The notes beneath the pieces are model-generated. The model did no database searches. It was not told the origin of the DNA and worked only from the letters and a program-made list of their open reading frames with translations. The position numbers were made by a program, and so were the translations under genes. This document shows, piece after piece, positions 56,343-64,000 of a DNA stretch of 64,000 nt; the stretch's first letter is position 1; each line of letters begins with the position of its first letter. The DNA comes from Spirochaetia bacterium (GTDB lineage: Bacteria; Spirochaetota; Spirochaetia; DSM-16054; Sediminispirochaetaceae): the NCBI GenBank assembly GCA_034520965.1, contig JAXHMY010000002.1, positions 448,001-512,000 on the forward strand. The letters run 5' to 3'.

Positions 56343-58865
56343 ATGATCTTTACTGGAAAGAAAAAAATATACGCCGAAATACTTTTAGCGATGACTATAT
56401 TGCTAACTCTTGCCATTGGATTCGGAGGAGGCTATGCGCTCGCCGAACTACATAATTCATCTATTAGAAAAGATTTAAGAGAGTACAAACCTGCTCTGCC
56501 TACGCAGATTTATGACCGGAACGGTGAGTTAATTACCGAAATTTTTTCAGATGTAAAACGGGATATTGTTCCTGTGCAGGAGTTGCCGAAGCATCTGTTG
56601 TACGCTCTTATCAGCCGTGAAGATGCCGACTTTTTCCAGCATAACGGCTTTAGCTTCCGCGGGACCGCCCGGGCAGCTTGGAATGTCGCAATCGGCAGCT
56701 ATTTCTCCGGTGGAAGTACCCTCACCCAGCAAGTGGCCGGTAAACACTACGCCGATCGATCTAAGCTCACTATCACCCGTAAACTTCGCGAGCTCTGGTA
56801 TGCCTTTAAGATTGAACGGGAACTCTCGAAATATGAAATTCTTGAAATGTACACGAACGAAATGTACTTCGGTCACAATACCTACGGTGTTGAATCAGCT
56901 TCGCAGTTTTACTTCAATCACTCCGCCCGTGAAATCTCAATTGCCGAAGCCGCTATTCTGGTGGTTCAGCTGGCAAGCCCGGCCCTGTATTCTCCTATTA
57001 ATCATCCCGAAAGGGCTCAATCCAGGCAGCGGAACGTACTGAACCAGATGGTGGAACTCGGCTACACCTCACAGCAAGCAGCAGACCACTCCTTTGAAAA
57101 CTATTGGACCAACTATAATTACGGCCGTTCAAATATTGCCAGCGCCTATTTTGATAATCAAAGTAAGGCCCCATACTTTAGCGAGTATGTACGTCTGCAA
57201 CTGAACGACATGCTTTATGGGGCGGTAGATATCAATAAGGACGGGTATATAGTCCACACAACCCTCGATTTGGATTACCAGAGAACTGCAGACTCTATTA
57301 TGGAAAAATCCTACCGACGAATTAATGAACAGTACCACTCAAACAAGCGGGAACGGTTAGAAGTAGTTGATGAGACATATCTGCCTATCGTTGAGCTGCT
57401 TGGTCTGACCCACAATATTGAAGATATTTATGTTACCGGGGCGAAGGAGAAGCGGGCCGCCTTAAACCAATATTACGAAACTATAGCCCCCAGCCTTGAG
57501 GCTCTTTCCGCTATGCTGGGCTCATCCAGTTTGTATCAAGTATCCCAATATTCTAAGGGAACCAGTGATAACCGTAAAAGCTCAACCACCGTCGAAGGAG
57601 CTTTGATTACCATCGACAACCACAGCGGGCATATCATGGCAATGGTCGGCGGAAGTGATTTTGAGACTAAACAGTACAATCGTGCAACCAATGCAAAAAT
57701 CCAGCCGGGCTCAAGCTTTAAGCCACTGTATTACTCAGCGGCAATTTCATCCGGTGAATATACCCCGGCTACTCGGCTTTACGACGGTCCGATTGCCTTT
57801 TTTGACAATAACGGAAAGCGCTATACTCCAATGAACTACCTGGGAAACTGGGAGGGCTCAGTGCTCCTGCGCTACGCCTTAGCAACATCTATGAACGTGC
57901 CTTCGCTACAGGTCTTAGAAGGTATCGGCTTTGAAGCTGCTATAGATCGCGCCTCGAGCTTATTGGGTATGGAAGATAAGAAGGAAGACCGTACCCTTTT
58001 CCCCCGGGGTTTTCCCTTGGGGCTTGGAGTTACAGCAGTAGCTCCAGTTGATATGGTAAAAGCATTTGCAACTTTTCCGAACCAGGGTAAAGCTGTGGAA
58101 CCAATGGCCATTACTAATGTCTTAAATCGTGAGGGTGAGAGTATAGTCAGTCCGGAGCAGGAACGTATTCGCCGGCAAAAACACAGTAGCGAACAGAAAC
58201 AGATTCTGTCACCCCAGGCAGCCTATGTAATGGTGGATATGCTCAAAAGTACTGTGGATTTCGGCACCCTTCGGTATCGTAGAATCAATGTGGGAGGGTT
58301 TGACGGAATGCCCATGGCCGGAAAAACTGGGACCACCCAAAACTGGGGAGATGCCTGGACCGTGGGTTTCTCGCCCTACTACTCAACGGCAGTCTGGTTT
58401 GGTTTTGACACCCCCGGGAACTCTCTGGGTCGTGATTTAACCGGTGCTACCGCCGCAGGTCCGGTATGGGCCGAATATATGAAATCTATTCACCAGAGGG
58501 TCCCTCCTAAAGAGTTTGCAAGACCGGACAACGGTTTGCTTGAAGTAAAAGTCTGTACAGAATCTGGACTCATACCAACCCAACACTGCCCTGAAAGCAA
58601 GGAAGAGCTTTTTATCGCTGGTACAGAACCAAAACAGTTTTGCGACATCCACAAATTTAAAGAAGAACGGGACGAGGACCTGCTGCGTAAGCTCCAAAGT
58701 TCTATGATGCTAGAAGATTTCAATGTAAACTTTGATGCTGCTCCTGAAATGGATGAAGATATACTGAAGGACCTTGAAGATCAGATTACAAGTGAAAGGG
58801 ATAGTATGTTTTCCTCAGACGACGAGCAGGACAGCTCAAGCGACATCAACCCGTTGTTAGATTGA
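56343..58865 (+). CDS. Penicillin-binding protein 1A (class A PBP)
   Basis: Transglycosylase EDADF/GGSTLTQQ/RKLRE; transpeptidase SSFK, SMN, KTG. Confidence 0.95.
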   Translation: MIFTGKKKIYAEILLAMTILLTLAIGFGGGYALAELHNSSIRKDLREYKPALPTQIYDRNGELITEIFSDVKRDIVPVQELPKHLLYALISREDADFFQHNGFSFRGTARAAWNVAIGSYFSGGSTLTQQVAGKHYADRSKLTITRKLRELWYAFKIERELSKYEILEMYTNEMYFGHNTYGVESASQFYFNHSAREISIAEAAILVVQLASPALYSPINHPERAQSRQRNVLNQMVELGYTSQQAADHSFENYWTNYNYGRSNIASAYFDNQSKAPYFSEYVRLQLNDMLYGAVDINKDGYIVHTTLDLDYQRTADSIMEKSYRRINEQYHSNKRERLEVVDETYLPIVELLGLTHNIEDIYVTGAKEKRAALNQYYETIAPSLEALSAMLGSSSLYQVSQYSKGTSDNRKSSTTVEGALITIDNHSGHIMAMVGGSDFETKQYNRATNAKIQPGSSFKPLYYSAAISSGEYTPATRLYDGPIAFFDNNGKRYTPMNYLGNWEGSVLLRYALATSMNVPSLQVLEGIGFEAAIDRASSLLGMEDKKEDRTLFPRGFPLGLGVTAVAPVDMVKAFATFPNQGKAVEPMAITNVLNREGESIVSPEQERIRRQKHSSEQKQILSPQAAYVMVDMLKSTVDFGTLRYRRINVGGFDGMPMAGKTGTTQNWGDAWTVGFSPYYSTAVWFGFDTPGNSLGRDLTGATAAGPVWAEYMKSIHQRVPPKEFARPDNGLLEVKVCTESGLIPTQHCPESKEELFIAGTEPKQFCDIHKFKEERDEDLLRKLQSSMMLEDFNVNFDAAPEMDEDILKDLEDQITSERDSMFSSDDEQDSSSDINPLLD

Positions 58866-58867
58866 TA

Positions 58868-60162
58868 CTGTCCCGAAGCTTATTGTTTTTGTAGGCGCTC
58901 TTTGCAGTGGACATAATTAACATAAATCCCTCTTTCAACTATATGCATATTTTGGAAGGTACTCTCTTCCCTTTTTGAGGGGAGTACTATACAAGCGAAA
59001 CCATAAGCCCTTCTCCCCGGGAGTAAGGTCCAGAAATGTGACAAAGGGTCTCCACACGAAGCGGCTCTCGAGCATCGGCGCGACGAGCCTACCGTTCACA
59101 CCGGCCAGATTCCAGTGCCACAACCTGGCCTTGGGCCAGTTCTCCCGGTAGGGCTTTATGCAATTATGGTGGAGCCGATACACACACACCCGCTCCAGAA
59201 GAGCGCTTACATTTCTCGCGGTATTCACTGTATAGCGCACATAATTGACAATATCCTTACGAAATTGCCTGTCCATATAGTTAACTGCAAACAAATTATT
59301 TCCCCGTCCCGGCTGTTTAGTCCCCTTTGCAGCATCGTGGATAATACTCCCCTGCCGCAGCAACTGAGCAAAGGCCTTGTGTCGGCGAAAAGCCCGCGGG
59401 TAGGCCTGGTGATCGTCGGTATAGACATTAAGAACGGTTTTATGCCGGCCAGCAAACAGATGCAGAATCTCCTCGGCAAGCCTGGCCATTGACTTTTCTA
59501 TTCCCTTCGGGTCGGGGCGGCACACACGATCGAGAAATCGCCGAAACAGTTTTTGGGAGGGGCTCATACGCCCCTTTCGGCGCAGGGTGGTAAAGTCCAT
59601 GGCGTAGAAGTACTGGGTCTGCTTGCCGATGAGAATATTCAGGTGGTGGGGAAAATACCTGCTGTGCAGGTAGCCCTCAAAGCCGTCGGCCACCAGGTCC
59701 TCCTTAAGGTGCATATGCTGCCGGCTCAACGCATGAAAGCCCAGAGCCCAGTGGGCCATACGAAAGAGCCGGTTTTCGGCCGAGCCGCGGGAGATTTCCA
59801 GATTCCGGGATAAATCTCGAATTCCGGCGGTGGACCTAAGCTGACGAAAGATCTGCTCGTAGGAAATAACTCTTTTCGCGTAATAGTTTAAGCTGAAGGT
59901 CTGATCGCTGAAGGTGCGCTTACAGGCCAAACATTGATAGCGCTGGACCGGCCCGAAAGCATCAGCCCAGTGGTGTCCATAGCGCCTATACCAATGATAG
60001 TGCTTACCTTCAAAGTGCTGTGAGCACTCCTTATAAGGACAAAATGGCGGTGTGTTCATTCTCTTTCTCCTCCTCTTTGGTGGTTCTACCTATACAGAGG
60101 GGCAAAAAAGAGGCTCTGCTTCAACTCAAGTGTGAAAAATTTTTCAATAAGCTTCGGGACAG
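58868..60162 (-). mobile_element. Complete insertion sequence (~1.3 kb) with 18-bp perfect TIRs, flanked by TA
   Basis: CTGTCCCGAAGCTTATTG at 58868-58885 and its reverse complement at 60145-60162; TA on both sides. Confidence 0.88.
58935..60059 (-). CDS. Transposase (Zn-ribbon + HTH + DDE-like, IS1-related architecture)
   Basis: CPYKEC...RYQCLACKRTFS, HTH, ADGFE, YTDDHQAY; lies between the TIRs. Confidence 0.82.
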   Translation of the reverse strand: MNTPPFCPYKECSQHFEGKHYHWYRRYGHHWADAFGPVQRYQCLACKRTFSDQTFSLNYYAKRVISYEQIFRQLRSTAGIRDLSRNLEISRGSAENRLFRMAHWALGFHALSRQHMHLKEDLVADGFEGYLHSRYFPHHLNILIGKQTQYFYAMDFTTLRRKGRMSPSQKLFRRFLDRVCRPDPKGIEKSMARLAEEILHLFAGRHKTVLNVYTDDHQAYPRAFRRHKAFAQLLRQGSIIHDAAKGTKQPGRGNNLFAVNYMDRQFRKDIVNYVRYTVNTARNVSALLERVCVYRLHHNCIKPYRENWPKARLWHWNLAGVNGRLVAPMLESRFVWRPFVTFLDLTPGEKGLWFRLYSTPLKKGREYLPKYAYS

Positions 60163-60224
60163 TATATTTGTGACCCAAATTATGATAAGCTTATATTAGA
60201 TCATACACACAAGGAGCCGGTAGT

Positions 60225-60617
60225 ATGCAAATTCCAGTCGAAGAAATTGTAATTAAGCGCCGCATACGTCAAGACCTTGGCGACATTTCGAAACTTATGG
60301 AAAGCCTGAAGGCATATGGTCTTATGAATCCAATATTGATCAACAGCTCGCGGGAGCTTATTGCCGGGCGTCGCCGGCTTGAGGCAACCAAACGCCTAGG
60401 TTGGAAAAATATTGAAGCTCATATAGTTGATTCTGGATCTGAAGTGAATGAGCTTGAGATGGAGATAGATGAGAACCTGCATAGAAGGAATCTGAGTGCA
60501 GTCGAACTTGCTGAAGGAATGTCCCGTTTAGAAAAACTAAAAAACCCAGGATTCTTCCGAAAAATCTTAAATGCGATATCACGTTTCTTTACACGCATTT
60601 TTGGTCACCGAAAATAA
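60225..60617 (+). CDS. ParB/Srx N-terminal domain protein
   Basis: GLMNPILI...LIAGRRRLEA...DENLHRRNL; no C-terminal domains. Confidence 0.88.
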   Translation: MQIPVEEIVIKRRIRQDLGDISKLMESLKAYGLMNPILINSSRELIAGRRRLEATKRLGWKNIEAHIVDSGSEVNELEMEIDENLHRRNLSAVELAEGMSRLEKLKNPGFFRKILNAISRFFTRIFGHRK

Positions 60618-60697
60618 CAGCGATAAGAGATTAGGGTGTAGAGTTTAGCGGTTAGCCCAGAGAATTCTCTGGGCTATTCTGCTATTCTGCTATTCTG

Positions 60698-62276
60698 CTA
60701 TTCTGATCTTAGATCACTGATTCGGTATCTTTGCACCGAATCTACTTCGTTCTGTGCTATTAGCTGTTCACCAAATTGCTGGAGCCAGGTGTAGGCTAAG
60801 ACGGGTTGATCGGACTGTTGCTGAAGCTGCAGTTGGGTGTTGAATTTTCCGATGTAATGGGATCCAGATTCGCGGATTATGCAATAAATGCTGTTATCTA
60901 TGATAAGAAGCGGTGATTCCGGATAGATATCGGTTTCCGATTGCTGTTCCAGCTCTAGGTTCTCCTGGTTTAGGCCTACCAGACGTACAGCTCGGGGAGG
61001 GTTGTCTTCGCCGGCGATAGCCACGTACATTTCACCGAAATCAACGGGTTCACGGGTTCTGATCGTATTGAGGGTGGAAAGGGCAGCTATTTGTCCGTTG
61101 GGCTCGAGGAGTGCCAGACGTCCTAAGAGTTGATTGTCCTGTTGGCGGAACAGGGCAAATGGAAGTGTGGGCGGAGCAGCTTCTGCGGCTTCGGCTTCTG
61201 CGGGAGTCTGGGCTGTGACTTGGGTTTCTTCTTCCTGAGCGGCTTCTTGTTCATCTTCTGTTGCGGTGCGATCCTCACGTTGCTGTTCTTCCTCTATCAG
61301 CTCCTGCTGATCTTCGGCGATGCTTTCACGTTCTTCGGCTATGTCACGCTCGCGCTGAGCAAGCTCTTCCTCGCGCTGGTCAATTTCATCTTCCGGCTTC
61401 ATCTTCGGCCCCTTCTGCTGCTGGTTCTTCTTCTGTTTCAAGGGTCGGCTCTTCTGCGGATTCAGCTGCTGAAGGCTCAGCTGCTTCGACTTCTGGTTCA
61501 GCTTCTGGTTTGGGTTCGGACTGGTCGGGTTCCTGCTCTTTTTCTTCTTCGAGTTGGCGGCGATCTTCTTCGAGTTCTTCTTCACGCATTTCAACAATTT
61601 CTTTGCGTTCTTCTACGCCCTTGTCCTCTTGGGTGCGGACGTCTTCGACTACTTCATCGGTGCTGAGGCTTTCTGCGGAGGGCATGTCCCGGCCTGCGAG
61701 TTGGGTGAGGGGAATTACCATTTGGGTGGATCCCGGCCATTCGCTGTAACGACGGGAGATGCCGACTTTTTGCGGGTCGAGGGCGTCAATTACTGGGCTG
61801 CTGTAGTTTTCTGTGAAAAACTCCATATTGCCTCGATAAGTTGCATTGTAGTAGGTAGTAAACAGGGCTAAGGCAGCGGCCCGTTCGGCACTTATATTAT
61901 AGGAGGCTTCGAAATAGCCTGAGAGTATACGGCGAACGTTGTCAATGTGATCGACTTGTGCGCTTTCTTCGATAATAAACAGATCGGCGTTATAGCCTTC
62001 AGTCTCGGGGGGTGCAACTATATGAAGAATACGGTACTTTTGTGCGTATCCAGCCTGGTCCTCAGAGGCTTCGGTTTCAGTGGGCTGGATAGCAAGACTG
62101 GCGCCAATGTTTTTTATCTGGTCGATGGTTTCGATTTTTTCGTGGGGGCCTTCGTAATTGATAAACTCAATTTGTGCATCTGAGACACTTTCGAGTTCTT
62201 CCTCAACAATATCAACGGCACCAATGAAAACCGGCACTACGAGCAGTAGGGCTAATAAAAAATGAGTTCTTTTCAT
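60698..62276 (-). CDS. P83/100-family spirochaete protein (one frameshift in the acidic region)
   Basis: IEFINYEGPH, VDHIDNVRRI, GISRRYSEWPG, SALSTLNTIR-like segment. Confidence 0.85.
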
Positions 62277-62371
62277 ACTTATAGAGTATAACATGCTCTT
62301 TGGGTGAGTTCATTAACAAAACTGATGAATTTTGATAATGAATTTCGATGATGGTTTTTGAAGATGGTTTT

Positions 62372-64000
62372 TTATTGTGGCTGTGCGAGCTCCCGCAGGG
62401 TTTGTATGGCCAACCGGCGCAGCGAACGCGGTGCATCGGACCGATAAATATGCATGAGGCTGTTTATGGCATCCGTCCCGACTGTTCCGCTGTAGGTGCA
62501 TACGGCTTTGATACTGCGAATTATTTCTAAGGTCAATAAGGGGTTTTTGGTAATGGGTATTTTTTTACTTTTGACTTTGTTTCTTAGTGTTTTAAGGACT
62601 TCGCCGGATAGATCGCTTTGCAGGCTGCCGATAGCCCTGATTATCTGCAGTTGTGCCTGGGCATCCCATTCATAATCCAGCATTTCCAGCAGAAACTGCT
62701 GACTGGCCAGGGTTCCATACTTTCCAAGCAACTCAACCGCCTGAGCACGGATTTCGGGAAAGTCGTTAATGTAAGCCCCGTTTCGGCGTACCGGGTTAAG
62801 TACCCCTACTCCGGCCGCTTTTGTGAGGAGGACGAGCAGGCCGGGATAATTTTTTGCAGCAGAGCTTTTTTCTAAGCGAGCGTTTAGTTCTTCCATTAAC
62901 ATCTGGTACTGCGATCTGCCGCCCTCTTCAAGCAGGACCTGCTCCGCCGTGGAAAGTGTGTTGGCTGGAAAGCTGTGAAGGGACGGCAGAGGGAGATGTT
63001 TCGGGTTGAGATGTTCCGGGAGAGGCTGCTTCGAAGGGCTCCCGGGACTGAGAAAACTATATACCACCCAGTCTTGGCCTCCGATTATGATTCGTCCTGA
63101 ATCAAGGATCAGCGGAGGTACCGCCGGCTGCGGTATGGGGCGGTCGCTTAGGAGGCTCCCGGTTTCTGTTTCGTAGGCTCTGATTGAATGTTGGTTATAT
63201 ACCAGGAGCGTCTCGATGTTTTGTTGTTGTAAGGTATTAACCGGTTTACTGTGCACGGCGAGCTTAGCGGAGTCCATGGAGATACGTGTATTCCAGAGTT
63301 CGGCCCCTGAGCGGCTGTCGATAGCGGCAATTCGTTGGTCGCCGGTACGCACATACACCCTCGCCGCGCCCAAGCTTATATCTTCGGCGGTAGAAAAGAG
63401 GTCGGCCTTCCATAAAAACTCACCGGTCTGGCTGTACATTCTGATATTACCACCGGTTGCAAGGGCTACCCGACTATGAGAGGCGGAGATTACCGCCGGA
63501 CTGCTGCCGGCGGTCTGAGAGAGTTTGTTGCCGAGGCCTTTGCCGACGGGCACACGCAGGCTGATTCCGGAGGCATCGATGCGCAGCAAGTCACCTTCCC
63601 TGGAGAAGATCCATATCGAGCCGGAGGGGTCGACCTCCGGCGGGGAGGAGGCCTGAAGCTCAGCCTGTTCTTGCCAAATAAGCTGACCGGTATGGGTGTA
63701 CAGAGAGATACTCTGTTCGCTGAGAGTGTAGAGCAGCCCGCTGTGCCCGGGAAGGAGCCACTGGGTTGGGGGCGAAGAGTCGGCGCTTTTCAATTTCCAT
63801 ATGAGCCCGCCGGAGGGGTTAAGGGCGGCGAGGTTACCAGGTTCCAGGATGCTGTAAAGTGTTCCGTCGGGGCTGCGCTGCAGGAAGGGCTGGGGACGGC
63901 CCTTCAGACGGGGACTGCGCTGGAGCAGAACCCCGTCGGCGCGGAGTGAGTAAAGGCGGCGGTCTTCGGATATAAGGTGTACGACTTCGGACCCTGAGCT
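62372..64000 (-). CDS. PQQ-like beta-propeller plus HEAT-repeat protein (5' end probably outside the window)
   Basis: GQLIWQ, GEFLWK and GAELWN repeats; C-terminal NDFPEIRAQAVELLG HEAT repeats. The true stop is probably near 62450-62530. Confidence 0.75.
   Translation of the reverse strand, partial: SSGSEVVHLISEDRRLYSLRADGVLLQRSPRLKGRPQPFLQRSPDGTLYSILEPGNLAALNPSGGLIWKLKSADSSPPTQWLLPGHSGLLYTLSEQSISLYTHTGQLIWQEQAELQASSPPEVDPSGSIWIFSREGDLLRIDASGISLRVPVGKGLGNKLSQTAGSSPAVISASHSRVALATGGNIRMYSQTGEFLWKADLFSTAEDISLGAARVYVRTGDQRIAAIDSRSGAELWNTRISMDSAKLAVHSKPVNTLQQQNIETLLVYNQHSIRAYETETGSLLSDRPIPQPAVPPLILDSGRIIIGGQDWVVYSFLSPGSPSKQPLPEHLNPKHLPLPSLHSFPANTLSTAEQVLLEEGGRSQYQMLMEELNARLEKSSAAKNYPGLLVLLTKAAGVGVLNPVRRNGAYINDFPEIRAQAVELLGKYGTLASQQFLLEMLDYEWDAQAQLQIIRAIGSLQSDLSGEVLKTLRNKVKSKKIPITKNPLLTLEIIRSIKAVCTYSGTVGTDAINSLMHIYRSDAPRSLRRLAIQTLRELAQPQ

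Noticed and set aside
1..64000. CRISPR array or cas genes
   Set aside because: No regularly spaced repeat-spacer series or Cas motifs were seen; the repeats at 51.9 kb are inverted and explained as a MITE.

Overview
Bacterial genomic window, most likely from a free-living anaerobic spirochaete (two flaA sheath genes, P83/100-family protein, spirochaete PilZ protein, FeFe-hydrogenase maturases). From about 3.5 kb to 44 kb most genes are split by single-base indels, probably long-read consensus errors, so I stitched those genes by eye and their ends are approximate. In order: slyD, an MFS transporter and an APH-like kinase. Next is a ~15 kb minus-strand surface-protein locus (omptin-like protease, ~8 kb FN3-repeat giant protein, second FN3 protein, probable beta-barrel, TPR protein). 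Then a ~9.5 kb defence island with six co-oriented toxin-antitoxin modules around an orphan pglZ-brxL pair, and a GntR/MBL-hydrolase/TRAP module plus an SNF transporter. A TM1266-regulator/hydE/hydF operon follows; it lacks hydG and instead continues into an SsuABC-type ABC importer. The rest is largely clean core genome: yhbY, tRNA-Leu, tatD, OmpA, 2x flaA, fba, infC-rpmI-rplT-zapB-zapA-6S RNA, PilZ, TPR, PBP1A, ParB-N, P83/100 and a PQQ-like/HEAT protein. That region holds a 141-bp MITE and an intact IS with TA flanks. The best candidates for undescribed biology are the HydG-less hydEF-ABC importer operon, the omptin/giant-FN3/barrel/TPR locus and the stand-alone PglZ-BrxL module.
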